The position numbers and the translations under genes were made by a program. A stretch of DNA of 64,000 bases. It comes from Minisyncoccota bacterium. Lineage in GTDB: Bacteria > Patescibacteriota > Minisyncoccia > Phycocordibacterales > UBA9973. Below, one piece after another: positions 39,053 to 49,598 of the stretch. Each line of letters starts with the position of its first letter. The stretch's first letter is position 1. Below the pieces are notes generated by a model. The model ran no database searches. It was not told the origin of the DNA and saw nothing but the letters and a program-made list of their open reading frames with translations. The stretch is from the NCBI GenBank assembly GCA_041666225.1, contig JBAYHJ010000004.1, forward strand, positions 4,350 through 68,349. Direction: 5' to 3'.

Positions 39053-39514
39053 TTATGTTGTACTTGTAATATCGACCACTGTCTTCTGAATCGCTTCAGC
39101 AATAACAAACGCTCCCAATAACAACGCTGCCCCTATCAAGGTATACACAAGGGCCTTTTTTGCCTTCGTCAGCTTTTCGGAATTGCCTGAAGCCGAAACA
39201 AAAAGGAAACCAGTGTAAATGATAGCGAGAGCAACAATAGGAATACCAACAACAAGAACGATATTTATGAGAGCTTTTATAAAAGAAGGAATATCTTGAA
39301 TATTATCACCTAGGGGGTTGTGAATAGCAGTGTTGATGTTTGTGCCAGGAGTAGAACCAGTATCACCAGCATCAACACAAGGTTGTTCACCGGCTCCACC
39401 ACAAGCATTCACAAATAAAACCGGAGTAACCAACATAAAGGCAAATACAATCACAAAACTATATTTTAAAATACTCGAGAGTAAACTATATTTTTTCTTT
39501 TTTAGAATTTTCAT
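39053..39514 (-). CDS. TrbC/VirB2-like pilin
   Basis: NPLG, IIYTGFLFVSASGN.EKLTKAK, LIGAALLLGA. Confidence 0.75.
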   Translation of the reverse strand: MKILKKKKYSLLSSILKYSFVIVFAFMLVTPVLFVNACGGAGEQPCVDAGDTGSTPGTNINTAIHNPLGDNIQDIPSFIKALINIVLVVGIPIVALAIIYTGFLFVSASGNSEKLTKAKKALVYTLIGAALLLGAFVIAEAIQKTVVDITSTT

Positions 39515-39535
39515 ATTTTATAAAATTAATAATAA

Positions 39536-40906
39536 TTAAAGTATCAAAAAAGCATCTTTTGGATCAAAACCAAGTGTTGCCAATAATGTCTTTACAATGA
39601 GCCATGCAGCCAAAGCAATCAAGTATCCAATGATAACATTTTTGAAAATCTTTTTTGCTTTGTTAATATTTTCTGAGCTCCCCATATCACTTAAATATAA
39701 CCATCCGACATATACAAGGATGAGGGCAAAAAGAGGTGTAGCCATAGTAATAAGTAAAAAGTTTATAACTCTATTAACTCCGGCCAATAATACATTGAAG
39801 TTACAAGGATTTTTAAATCCTCCACTTGTAGTATCCACTTCCGTATTACATATTGGAACTAAGCCTTTAAATTTTATATCACCAGTTGTTGGTGTTATAA
39901 TATTTCCTCCTCCTGATGTAGGTGTACAAGTAGGATAATCAGTCGCTCCATTTAAACAAGTACCCGAAATTGTAGTAACAGTAAATATGCTTGGGTTTAG
40001 ATTACTCGTATCTCCAGAATATGTATTTGCGGATGTTTTTATGGTGATTTTTCCACTTGTCGCTCCCTCTGGAACTTTGACGGTAATCTTATTGGCAGTA
40101 TTGGTAGTCGTAACAGTATTTGTCGTATTAAAAAGTACACTGCTTACATTGTTGAAATTGCTACCATCAATTGTGATAACATCACCTACTTTTCCAGAAG
40201 TTGGAGTGAAACTTGTTATCTTTGGACTCATGATAGGCATACTATTTTCAATAAGAACCGAAATAGTATAATTTTTTGTCGAGCCATTTCCAGCTGTAAC
40301 GACGTAGGTAACATTGTTGGTGAAGTTTTTTGCAACACCAGAGGCTGGATTTACTGTGGCTTCACTAGATACGCTAATCGTAGGAACTAAGGCTGTGATG
40401 TTGGTTCCATAAGGTACAGTTAAGATAACTGAATTTGCCCCGATAAAACCAGTTACAACAGGATTAAAATTTAAAAAATCAAAAGAAATAATATCTTTGG
40501 CAGATGAAGTTGAAGCAGGGGTTAAAAAAGTCGTAGTCCCTACAGAGCCACTTGTTCCTGTATACATAACTCCCGCTCTATATTCACCTGATGGGCTTAA
40601 TCCAGTAAAAGTAGAACTGGCTGTGCCGAGGTTACTACTCAATACAGAAAAAGATTGATCATAATTGGGAGTATTACCTACCTCAATTACTCGAATGATC
40701 ACAGTAGCATCAGGAGTAAGACCTTCTGCTGATATGTGTGCTGTCGTTGGAGTAATATTTGAACTCGTCATCGTTACTGCGGCTAAGGATAGTTTAGGAT
40801 ATACAAAAAAACTTGAAAAAATCATAACTCCAGTAAGAACACCAACAAAACTATATTTCAAAAAATTTGATAAGATACTATATTTTTTTGTTTTTAAAAA
40901 TTTCAT
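39536..40906 (-). CDS. Pilin-like protein with N-terminal Ig-like/IPT-TIG domains
   Basis: ITSFTPTSGKVGDVITIDGSNF...ITVKVPEGATSGKI (IPT/TIG); GLVP.C...C.F and a C-terminal VirB2-like hairpin. Confidence 0.75.
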   Translation of the reverse strand: MKFLKTKKYSILSNFLKYSFVGVLTGVMIFSSFFVYPKLSLAAVTMTSSNITPTTAHISAEGLTPDATVIIRVIEVGNTPNYDQSFSVLSSNLGTASSTFTGLSPSGEYRAGVMYTGTSGSVGTTTFLTPASTSSAKDIISFDFLNFNPVVTGFIGANSVILTVPYGTNITALVPTISVSSEATVNPASGVAKNFTNNVTYVVTAGNGSTKNYTISVLIENSMPIMSPKITSFTPTSGKVGDVITIDGSNFNNVSSVLFNTTNTVTTTNTANKITVKVPEGATSGKITIKTSANTYSGDTSNLNPSIFTVTTISGTCLNGATDYPTCTPTSGGGNIITPTTGDIKFKGLVPICNTEVDTTSGGFKNPCNFNVLLAGVNRVINFLLITMATPLFALILVYVGWLYLSDMGSSENINKAKKIFKNVIIGYLIALAAWLIVKTLLATLGFDPKDAFLIL

Positions 40907-40912
40907 ATTTGT

Positions 40913-42217
40913 CTATTTTTTAATTAAAACCTCAAGTTGACTTTGGGCCTTATTGACAGCTTCATATACTGATAACCTATTTGATAATATATTTTCGACT
41001 AATTCACTAAAAATAGTATCCGTCTTTATTTTGTCTGGATCAGGCCAAGATCTTGAAATAAGAGCTGAATTAAAAAATGTAAATAAGTAAGGATCATTGG
41101 GTTTATCGGCAAGTAGTGCACGTGAAGCAGGAGGCAGTGAAACTGATGTTGCGAAATTTTTAGCATTGTCTCCTAGGCTTAAATTACTTGCAATATTTAA
41201 AGCGGTAGAAATATTGGCGGATTTTTTATTGATAGCAATAGCATATATCTCTCCATATGTACGCTTGATAGTAGTATTTTTTATTTGTGGAATTTGAGTC
41301 ACATCAAAACTTAAATTAGGATTTAAAGATTCTATATTAAATAATTCACTTGCTCTACCTATATAAAAAGCAAGTTTTCCACCAGTAAACATATCCAAAG
41401 AACTAGGAAGAGATCTGTTCCAAGAATAAGCAGTATTTGAAGGATTAGAAAATTCCATAAAGAATTTAAAAACAGTAGCCACCGGAGAAACAGTCAATCC
41501 CAATGGATTAGAATTTAATACTGATAAATAAACTAAATCTGTCCCCTTTTTTACTATAGGATTGTTGTTCTGAATAAGTAATGTCGCAAGTATATCTTTG
41601 GCATTATTTAGATTTTCATATTGACCGAGAGCAATCATACTCTGAGTGATAGTGCCATTATTTTCTTTCTTGGTTAAAGTTGAATTGAGAGTAAATAATT
41701 CATCCCAACTGGCAGGTGGAGAAACAATCGCTTCATTTGATAAAATATCTTTATTATAATACAAAACCATAGGGTCTACGACAAGAGGAAAACCTAAAAC
41801 CCCTTCACTGTCAGTATAAATATCGGCTCCATCTACAAACGAATCTATAAAAGTTTTTTGTTTGTAATCTGTATAAGGAATTTTATATAAAAAATTTATA
41901 TCTTTTTGAATCTGATCTGAAGTTATGATGAATAAATCAGGGCCCACTCCATTTGCAAAAGCCTCGATAAGATTTTGTTGATAAGTAGCAGGATCTTTAC
42001 TTACATAACTTAAACTCAAATCTCTATTGGCTGATCTAATATTATCAAGAATTTTTGACATCGAAGAACTAGGAAAAGTTCCCCAAATTACAACCTTACC
42101 TTGAAGGCCATTGTCTACTGTCGATCCTGGAATTTTAATTAGTCCAGAAAATATCAAAACACCAAAAACAAAGAAAGAGAGAAAGATTGCAATTAAAATT
42201 GTCTGAAAATTACTCAT
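40913..42217 (-). CDS. Extracellular solute-binding protein family 1
   Basis: N-terminal anchor, A.G.GPDLF, PL.VD..VLYYNKD, F..GKLA. Confidence 0.8.
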   Translation of the reverse strand: MSNFQTILIAIFLSFFVFGVLIFSGLIKIPGSTVDNGLQGKVVIWGTFPSSSMSKILDNIRSANRDLSLSYVSKDPATYQQNLIEAFANGVGPDLFIITSDQIQKDINFLYKIPYTDYKQKTFIDSFVDGADIYTDSEGVLGFPLVVDPMVLYYNKDILSNEAIVSPPASWDELFTLNSTLTKKENNGTITQSMIALGQYENLNNAKDILATLLIQNNNPIVKKGTDLVYLSVLNSNPLGLTVSPVATVFKFFMEFSNPSNTAYSWNRSLPSSLDMFTGGKLAFYIGRASELFNIESLNPNLSFDVTQIPQIKNTTIKRTYGEIYAIAINKKSANISTALNIASNLSLGDNAKNFATSVSLPPASRALLADKPNDPYLFTFFNSALISRSWPDPDKIKTDTIFSELVENILSNRLSVYEAVNKAQSQLEVLIKK

Positions 42218-42737
42218 GTTTAAAAATTATACCATAATGGTGTGGACTTGTGGAGATATCTTCCATAAATTCAAAGCCTCTTTTTTCAAATAAAACTCTA
42301 GCCATACTTTCAGTGACGACATTTTCTGTGGTTGGACCCATACTACCAAATGATTCAGCCCAGTCTATCAATAAAACCCTCCCACCTTTTCGAAGAACGC
42401 GACTTGCTTCATCTATCAATCCAAGTTTATCTTCGGCTTGAAACAAAACATTGGAAATAATTACCGCATCCATACTATGGTCAGATATTTTTGTCCCACC
42501 ACGTTTTTCTATGTCACCCCAAATACAATCTACATTTGTAATTCCCCAAGATTTTAATTCACTTTCAAGTTTGGTTAGCAATCCTTTTTGAACTTCAATA
42601 GCATATACTTTTCCAGAATATCCAACGCGAGAACTCGCCGCCTTAGAATAAAAACCTGTGCCTGCACCAAAGTCTGCTACACGCATTCCTTCTTTTAATC
42701 CTAATTGTAAAATATTTTGTTCTGGATTAGTAAACAT
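42210..42737 (-). CDS. Class I SAM-dependent methyltransferase
   Basis: VADFGAGTG, KVYAIE, RVLRKGG.VLLIDW. Confidence 0.88.
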   Translation of the reverse strand: MFTNPEQNILQLGLKEGMRVADFGAGTGFYSKAASSRVGYSGKVYAIEVQKGLLTKLESELKSWGITNVDCIWGDIEKRGGTKISDHSMDAVIISNVLFQAEDKLGLIDEASRVLRKGGRVLLIDWAESFGSMGPTTENVVTESMARVLFEKRGFEFMEDISTSPHHYGIIFKHE

Positions 42738-42779
42738 GTATTTATATTATATCACATCTAAAAATTAAAAACTTTATTT

Positions 42780-45251
42780 TTACAAAAATGTAATTGAGGC
42801 AATATTGTCCCCAGCACGAAGCTTCATAACTGTCACCCCTTGTGTCTGACGTCCTGAAGTAGGAATAGAATCCAAAGAAACTCTTATAACTTGACCTTTC
42901 TGTGATACTGCTATTATTTCACTTTCGTCTTTAACTATCTTAGCTACTATCAATTTTCCTGTTTTAGGTGTGACTTTAGCTGTTTTTATTCCTGAACCTC
43001 CACGTTTTTGAACTTTATATTCTTTTATATTTGTTTTTTTACCAAGACCATTTGAAGAGAGAGTAAGAATAGAAGATGAGTTTTCTCCCTTTGGAATTTT
43101 ATCAACTCCAATTACAAAATCATTCTTGGCTAATTTGATGGCTCGAACTCCTCCCGCACTTCGGCCCATCTCGCGAACATCTGTTTCTTTAAATCGGATT
43201 GATTGACCCAGAGTTGTTGCAAGCATCACATCATCACCTTTCGAAATTGCTAGAACTGCCTGAAGCTCGTCGTCGCTATCTAATTTGATAGCAATCAAAC
43301 CACTTCTTCTGACATCTTTAAAGATCTCGGCGGCAACTTTTTTAGTTATACCCATTTTCGTTACCATCATCAAATTTTCAACTGTCTTTTTTGTTTCTTT
43401 ATCAATTGGCAATATAGAAGTAACTTTTTCTTCCGCCCCCAAAGATATGAAATTCATGATGGATTTACCTTTTGTCGCACGCTTACCTTCTGGAATATCA
43501 TACATTTTTATTTGATAGGCTTTTCCAAGATTAGTAAAGAACAATAAATCACTGTGCGTATTTGCCGAAACAAGCATCGTCACAAAATCTTCATCTTTTG
43601 GTTCAATATCTATGACACCTACACCTCCACGTTTTTGGGCTCGATATTCGCTTGGGTCTGTACGCTTCACATAACCCCCTTTGGTAAAGACAAGGACAGA
43701 TTCTTTTTCTGGAATAAGATCTTCTTCGTTGATAGCTTTTACTCCTCCTTTAATTATACGAGTTCTTCGTATGTCACTGTATTTTTCTTTTATATCAATA
43801 AGTTCATCACCGATGACTTTCAACATTTTCTTTGGACTTGCAAGTAAAGCTTCAAGTTCTTTGATCAATTCTTGTTTTTCTTTTAATTCAAGTTCAACAT
43901 TTTTACGTTCAAGTCCAGCCAATTTCTGAAGTTTCATCTCCAAAATAGCTGTCGCTTGAATATCTGAAAACTTAAACTCTTTCATTAAATTTAATTTTGC
44001 AACGGCTGTATCTTTTGATGCACGAATCACAGAAATAACTCTATCAATATGATCAAGCGCTTTTTTCAAACCAAGAAGTATATGCTCTCGATCTTTTGCT
44101 TTTCGTAAATCAAATTCAGTACGACGTCGTACAACAATGACACGATGAGAAATAAATTCTGAAAGTAAACTCTTGAGTGACAATGTCTGAGGCACACCGT
44201 CCACAAGAGCCACAATATTGAAATTAAATGATTGCTCAAGTTGAGTGTGTTTGTAAATATAATTTAAAACTTTTTGTGGAATAATTCCACTTTTTAAATC
44301 TATGACGATGCGAATATCTTTCGTAGATTCATCTCGAAGCCCTTTTATCCCTTCAAGTTTCTTTTCTTGAATAAGTGAGGCAATCGCTTCAATAAGAGTT
44401 GACTTATTTACACGATAAGGAATAGAGGTAATTATTATTTGAAATGTTTCACTTTTTTGCTCTACAATTTCTGCCTCTCCTCGAGTAACTACTCCACCAC
44501 GGCCGGTTGAATAAGCATGAATCAAATCAGCTTGGCCATAGACAATACCTCCAATAGGAAAATCTGGCCCTTTAATAAATTGCATTAGATCTTCTGTAGT
44601 AGCATCTTTATTATCTATAAGATGAATTGTCGCGTCGATAACCTCTGATAAGTTATGTGGCGGAATATTTGTCGCCATCCCAACAGCGATACCAAGCGTG
44701 CCATTTAAAAGTAAACTAGGAACTGCGGTAGGAAGAACAATAGGTTCTTTGTGTGTTTGATCATAGTTGGGACGAAAATCTACGGTTTCTTTTTCAAGGT
44801 CTAGTAATAATAGTGATGAAACTTTGGACATTCTTGCTTCTGTATAACGCAACGCAGCAGCACCATCTCCATCAATAGAACCAAAGTTTCCTTGACCATG
44901 AACGAGTGGATATCTATAAGAAAAATCTTGCGCCATACCTACCATCGTATCGTAAACTGCTACATCTCCATGGGGATGATATTTTCCGAGCACATCTCCA
45001 ACAATAGCTGCAGACTTTCGAAAACGAGCAGAGCTTGTAAGACCCATTTCACTCATTCCAAATAAAATTCTTCGATGAACTGGTTTTAATCCATCACGAA
45101 CATCAGGAAGAGCGCGATCGGTAATAACCGACATAGCGTAATCTATAAATGATTCTTTCATCTCTGTACTAATATCTACAGAGACAACATTGATGTGTTC
45201 ATTTTTTATTTCCCCTGCAGAAGCAGGCTTGTCTTCTTTTTCTTTTGCCAT
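42780..45251 (-). CDS. gyrA: DNA gyrase subunit A
   Basis: [25 protein letters not shown], GyrA-box QKRGGVG. Confidence 0.98.
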   Translation of the reverse strand: MAKEKEDKPASAGEIKNEHINVVSVDISTEMKESFIDYAMSVITDRALPDVRDGLKPVHRRILFGMSEMGLTSSARFRKSAAIVGDVLGKYHPHGDVAVYDTMVGMAQDFSYRYPLVHGQGNFGSIDGDGAAALRYTEARMSKVSSLLLLDLEKETVDFRPNYDQTHKEPIVLPTAVPSLLLNGTLGIAVGMATNIPPHNLSEVIDATIHLIDNKDATTEDLMQFIKGPDFPIGGIVYGQADLIHAYSTGRGGVVTRGEAEIVEQKSETFQIIITSIPYRVNKSTLIEAIASLIQEKKLEGIKGLRDESTKDIRIVIDLKSGIIPQKVLNYIYKHTQLEQSFNFNIVALVDGVPQTLSLKSLLSEFISHRVIVVRRRTEFDLRKAKDREHILLGLKKALDHIDRVISVIRASKDTAVAKLNLMKEFKFSDIQATAILEMKLQKLAGLERKNVELELKEKQELIKELEALLASPKKMLKVIGDELIDIKEKYSDIRRTRIIKGGVKAINEEDLIPEKESVLVFTKGGYVKRTDPSEYRAQKRGGVGVIDIEPKDEDFVTMLVSANTHSDLLFFTNLGKAYQIKMYDIPEGKRATKGKSIMNFISLGAEEKVTSILPIDKETKKTVENLMMVTKMGITKKVAAEIFKDVRRSGLIAIKLDSDDELQAVLAISKGDDVMLATTLGQSIRFKETDVREMGRSAGGVRAIKLAKNDFVIGVDKIPKGENSSSILTLSSNGLGKKTNIKEYKVQKRGGSGIKTAKVTPKTGKLIVAKIVKDESEIIAVSQKGQVIRVSLDSIPTSGRQTQGVTVMKLRAGDNIASITFL

Positions 45252-45254
45252 ATG

Positions 45255-45584
45255 TTATTGATATTCAACTGGAATTAAATCTACTTGTTTTTCTGTTTCA
45301 ACTTTTGTTTTCATTTTTACTTCTTCTTGTTGCTTTGATGGTGATGATATCTTACCAACACTGGCTGTCACATTGTTATATGTATTTGAAAGTGTTTGAC
45401 CAAAAAGTGCAAATGGTTTTATATCTTCTTTTGTTTTTACGATAGTTTTATTATTGAATTTATGCCCCAAACTACTTATCCAAATAAGACAAACAAAAGA
45501 CATACAAATAATCAATGATCCAAAAAATATTTGCTTGCGTGTAGACTCCGGCTTAGATTGTAATTTTTTTATATATGTTCTCAT
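45255..45584 (-). CDS. Small single-TM hypothetical protein
   Basis: MRTYIKKLQSKPE..RK followed by a TM; start chosen after the upstream gene's stop. Confidence 0.6.
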   Translation of the reverse strand: MRTYIKKLQSKPESTRKQIFFGSLIICMSFVCLIWISSLGHKFNNKTIVKTKEDIKPFALFGQTLSNTYNNVTASVGKISSPSKQQEEVKMKTKVETEKQVDLIPVEYQ

Positions 45585-45600
45585 ACAATTAAATAAAAAA

Positions 45601-46227
45601 TTAATTTGATAATACGATAATTTCACCTTCACGACCAACTAACTCTTTTGCTTTTATTGTTAACTTTTCAATAGGAGTTACTTTTTCTTGTCCACCCTCT
45701 TTTAAGAATGCTTTTAATGTTTTCTCATCATAATCCATTGGAATAATTATTTTTGGTTCAAGAGATACAGCCAACTTGTAAGCTTCAGATGGATCCAATA
45801 AATCGTGATTACCGATAGGTACAAATAAAATATCAGGGCTTCCTATATCTCCACGAACTTCTGCTCCTACTTTATTATTAGACATACAACCCAAGAAACA
45901 AATTGAAATATTTTCAATGGAAAGAGAATATATCGTATTAATATATTTTTTTCCACCAATTAGAGTATTGGTCATTATTCCTTTTATAAAAATATCTTTA
46001 ATCTCATAATCCCCAGGACTATTGATTTCAAAAGGAACAGTTTCCCCATGTGAGACCATATCGAAACCATTATAGTCTGGATGATTAGTTGTAGAAAGTG
46101 CCATGTCTGAACCAAACCGAGAAACCTTAGCTCCAAATTTAGAATCTTTACTAATAGGATTAAAGGCTACAGTCAAACTGCCTTGTTGAATCTTGAAAAA
46201 CTGCTTACCTAAATATGTGATAATCAT
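45601..46227 (-). CDS. MBL-fold protein (Lactamase_B_3-like) with degenerate metal ligands
   Basis: MIITYLG...F, PGDYEIK, DILFVPIG, PKIIIPMDY. Confidence 0.75.
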   Translation of the reverse strand: MIITYLGKQFFKIQQGSLTVAFNPISKDSKFGAKVSRFGSDMALSTTNHPDYNGFDMVSHGETVPFEINSPGDYEIKDIFIKGIMTNTLIGGKKYINTIYSLSIENISICFLGCMSNNKVGAEVRGDIGSPDILFVPIGNHDLLDPSEAYKLAVSLEPKIIIPMDYDEKTLKAFLKEGGQEKVTPIEKLTIKAKELVGREGEIIVLSN

Positions 46228-46323
46228 AAGTATATTATATCAAATTTATATAAAAAAACAAAGTAAAAATATTAATTAAATACAAAAAAGTGGGTAATTT
46301 TACCCACTTTTTATAACTATTAA

Positions 46324-46842
46324 CTACTTACCTTCATTCTTGCCAAATTTGTCTCCCGCTTTTATTAAATCACTCCATTTTTTCTTATCATCAATCAATT
46401 GATTACGACTTGCTTTTAAGCTATCAAACAACTGGCTCATTTGTTTTGGAGAACCAGAAAGAACAACACCCGCAGCACCAAGTGATCCAAACAATATTTG
46501 TCCACCAGCTTGGATAATTCTAGCTGCCTTATATAATGCTTCTTTGCTAGGTTTTTCTTCATCTGCGAGTTTCTCTAATTCTTCTAATGATTTTAGAGCT
46601 TCTTCATAATCTTCTTTATGCACTTCCCTTCCTTTCCTATTTTCTTCATAACGAATTTCTCCTCTTTCAGTTCTATATGGTTCTCCTTCTTTGGACTCTA
46701 TTCTACTAGTACTAGAAGGTGAAACTCCTATCTTTGCTCTCATCATATTAGCTAAATCATGAGCTTCTTCTAAAGAAAGCTGGCTTTCTACTGCAGGTTC
46801 ATCTTTTTTGATTTCAGCACTTTGTATTTTATATTTTTCCAT
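46324..46842 (-). CDS. Hypothetical protein
   Basis: 172-aa ORF with downstream terminator hairpin 46285-46312. Confidence 0.6.
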   Translation of the reverse strand: MEKYKIQSAEIKKDEPAVESQLSLEEAHDLANMMRAKIGVSPSSTSRIESKEGEPYRTERGEIRYEENRKGREVHKEDYEEALKSLEELEKLADEEKPSKEALYKAARIIQAGGQILFGSLGAAGVVLSGSPKQMSQLFDSLKASRNQLIDDKKKWSDLIKAGDKFGKNEGK

Positions 46843-47070
46843 AGTTATTTTTTAATTGTTAATGTGTTAATTATACTTCAGTAGAACTGAATCGTCAATT
46901 TCGACATAAATTATTATAGTTCAATTTGTTGCAAAATATATCAATATATAGTATATTAATCGTATTATAAGCTCGGTTTGAAGGTTACCCCTTTTTGTGT
47001 TTAGTTTTGTAAACAAAGAGATCTTCAACTGTGCCGCGAGACGCGGTTTTTTTAGTACTAAATTATAAAT

Positions 47071-48204
47071 ATGAAAAAAGAAAATGAAGATGTTATAGAA
47101 AGTATTGCAGAACATGCAAAGATAGAACTTTCAAGTATTGGTAAAATGTTGGATAAAGTAGAACTTCCACCACAAGTTGATGTTCTTATTGAAGGCCCAG
47201 TGATTTCAATTCAGAAATCATCCGTTTATATAGACCTTACTCCATTTGGAACAGGTATTATTTATGGACGTGAATTTATTAATGCTAAAGATATTATCAA
47301 AAAAATAAACATTGGTGATGTTGTTAAAGCAAAAGTAGTCGGAACTGACAATGAAGAAGGTTACATTGAATTATCTTTGAAAGAAGCAAAACAAGCTCTT
47401 ATTTGGAGTGAGGCTGAGAAAGCTATCAAATCAAAAATGACTCTTGAGCTTACAATCAAGGAAGCAAACAAAGGTGGACTTATTCTTGAATGGCAAGGAA
47501 TCGCTGGTTTCTTACCCGCAAGTCAGCTTAAGAGTGAGCACTACCCACGAGTTGAAGATTCTGATAAGGATAAAATATTAAAAGCATTAAAAATGCTCAT
47601 CGGCAAACGAATAAATGTTGTTATGATCTCAGCTCTTCCAAAAGAAGGAAAACTAATCTTCTCTGAAAAAGATAATAATCCAGAAGAAAGGCAAGAAATC
47701 GTTGGTAAATACACAGTTGGTGATGAACTCGAATGCACTGTGGCAGGAATTGTTGACTTCGGTATTTTCCTAAAAGTTGAAGAAGGTCTTGAAGGTCTTG
47801 TCCACATCTCTGAAATTGATTGGGGTCTAGTTGAAGATCCTAGAACAATGTTTAAAGTTGGCGATAAAGTTAAAGCAAAAATAATTGAAATCAAAGACGG
47901 TAAAATTTCTCTCTCAGTTAAAGCTTTGAAAGAAAATCCATGGAAAGAATTTGAAAATACTCTAAAGAAGGGTGATATAGTCTCAGGAGTTGTTATTAAA
48001 TTCAACAAGCACGGTGCTCTTATCTCAATCAAACAAGGTGTTGCTGGTCTTGCCCACAATTCAGGATTTGGTTCTGAAGAAAAACTAAAGAAAGCTCTTG
48101 AACTTGGTAAAACTTATAATTTCCAAGTAACATTATTTGAACCAAAAGATCAAAGAATGACTTTAGTTTACTTAGAAGATACTAAAACAAGTTCTAGTAA
48201 TTAG
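47071..48204 (+). CDS. rpsA: 30S ribosomal protein S1 (four S1 domains)
   Basis: NKGGL, GFLPASQL, FGIF, EGLVHISEIDW. Confidence 0.93.
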   Translation: MKKENEDVIESIAEHAKIELSSIGKMLDKVELPPQVDVLIEGPVISIQKSSVYIDLTPFGTGIIYGREFINAKDIIKKINIGDVVKAKVVGTDNEEGYIELSLKEAKQALIWSEAEKAIKSKMTLELTIKEANKGGLILEWQGIAGFLPASQLKSEHYPRVEDSDKDKILKALKMLIGKRINVVMISALPKEGKLIFSEKDNNPEERQEIVGKYTVGDELECTVAGIVDFGIFLKVEEGLEGLVHISEIDWGLVEDPRTMFKVGDKVKAKIIEIKDGKISLSVKALKENPWKEFENTLKKGDIVSGVVIKFNKHGALISIKQGVAGLAHNSGFGSEEKLKKALELGKTYNFQVTLFEPKDQRMTLVYLEDTKTSSSN

Positions 48205-48226
48205 TTTATAGGTTCTAGAAAAAATA

Positions 48227-48261
48227 CAAAAGGCCAGTCGACTTCGTCGACTGGCCTTTTG
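48227..48261. terminator. Bidirectional terminator between convergent rpsA and pth
   Basis: caaaaggccagtcgac-ttc-gtcgactggccttttg, 16-bp arms. Confidence 0.8.
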
Positions 48262-48290
48262 ACTAACCACTAGAAACTAATTACTAGAAC

Positions 48291-48878
48291 CTAATTAAAC
48301 ACACTCATTGCTTTTTCTTTTCCTTCTGCTGATATCATCTCAATAATTTCTGTAACTTTTTTTGAAATCTTTTTTATTTCTTTCAATTCATCTTCTTTAA
48401 ATTTTCCTAACAAGAATTTTAGAATTGCCTCTTCCCCTTTTGGTTTCCGAATTTTACCTGATGGTGTCGTCGGTGATATTCCTATGCGAATTCTCATAAA
48501 CTCACGAGATTTAACTTTCTTAATTATTGATTCAAGTCCATTGTGCCCACCTGATGAACGATTAAAAGAAATTTTTAAACTGCCAAGTGGTAAATCAATG
48601 TCATCGTAAATGACAACTAAATTTTTTAATTTTTTAGGATTATCAATAATTCCAAAAACAGCTGTACCTGAATTATTCATAAAAGTTTGAGGTAACATGA
48701 AGTCAAATTTTTCACTTCCAATTTCACCCTTGGTACAAAGTGATTTTAATTTCATATTATTTTTCCATTCAGAAAAATTATTACTATCTGCAATATTTTC
48801 TAAAATAATTCTTCCTGTATTATGTCTTGAAATTTTATATTCTTCTCCTGGATTACCCAATCCAACTATTAATATCAT
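48291..48878 (-). CDS. pth: Peptidyl-tRNA hydrolase
   Basis: IVGLGNPG, RHN.G, TFMNNSG, GGHNGL, RIRIGI. Confidence 0.97.
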   Translation of the reverse strand: MILIVGLGNPGEEYKISRHNTGRIILENIADSNNFSEWKNNMKLKSLCTKGEIGSEKFDFMLPQTFMNNSGTAVFGIIDNPKKLKNLVVIYDDIDLPLGSLKISFNRSSGGHNGLESIIKKVKSREFMRIRIGISPTTPSGKIRKPKGEEAILKFLLGKFKEDELKEIKKISKKVTEIIEMISAEGKEKAMSVFN

Positions 48879-48978
48879 TAAAACATAATAACAAAAATTA
48901 CAAATAATTGAAATACATAAATAAAACACATTATCCCCTATTATGTCAATACTATTTGTGTGATAAAATAATGTCTAT

Positions 48979-49593
48979 ATGGAAAACAATAATAATCAAA
49001 TTATCAATGAAGTTAATAAATCAAAATTTAAAAAGGGGCTCGAAAGTTTTTGGGATCTTATAAAGTTTGCGGCGATAGCACTTGTTATCGTTATCCCAAT
49101 CCGAATGTTTATTGCTCAACCATTTATTGTAAGCGGAGAATCAATGTTCCCTACTTTTCATGACGGTGAATATTTGATAGTAGATGAATTATCCTACATA
49201 ATAGGAAATCCTAATCGAGGTGATGTTATAATTTTCCGTTATCCAGGTGATACTAAAAGATTTTTTATTAAAAGAATTATTGGTATGCCAAACGAAGAAA
49301 TACTAATCAATAATGGTGAAGTAACCATAAAAAACAAAGAAAACCCAGAGGGTTTTACTCTCGATGAACCATATATCGATGAAAAATTTAATTCAAATTA
49401 TTCTTATAAAACAATAGATAGTGAATACTTTGTAATGGGAGACAATCGAAATAGAAGTTCTGATTCTCGTACTTGGGCAGAATCATCACCAATTAAATTA
49501 ACTAATAAATTAATAATCGGTAGAGCCTATCTTCGTCTTTTACCCTTTAAAGAAATTTCATATTTACCAGGTTATTTTAAAGAATCAAAATAA
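48979..49593 (+). CDS. lepB: Signal peptidase I
   Basis: SGESMFPT, FIKRIIG.P, GDNRNRSSDSR. Confidence 0.96.
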   Translation: MENNNNQIINEVNKSKFKKGLESFWDLIKFAAIALVIVIPIRMFIAQPFIVSGESMFPTFHDGEYLIVDELSYIIGNPNRGDVIIFRYPGDTKRFFIKRIIGMPNEEILINNGEVTIKNKENPEGFTLDEPYIDEKFNSNYSYKTIDSEYFVMGDNRNRSSDSRTWAESSPIKLTNKLIIGRAYLRLLPFKEISYLPGYFKESK

Positions 49594-49598
49594 TTTTT

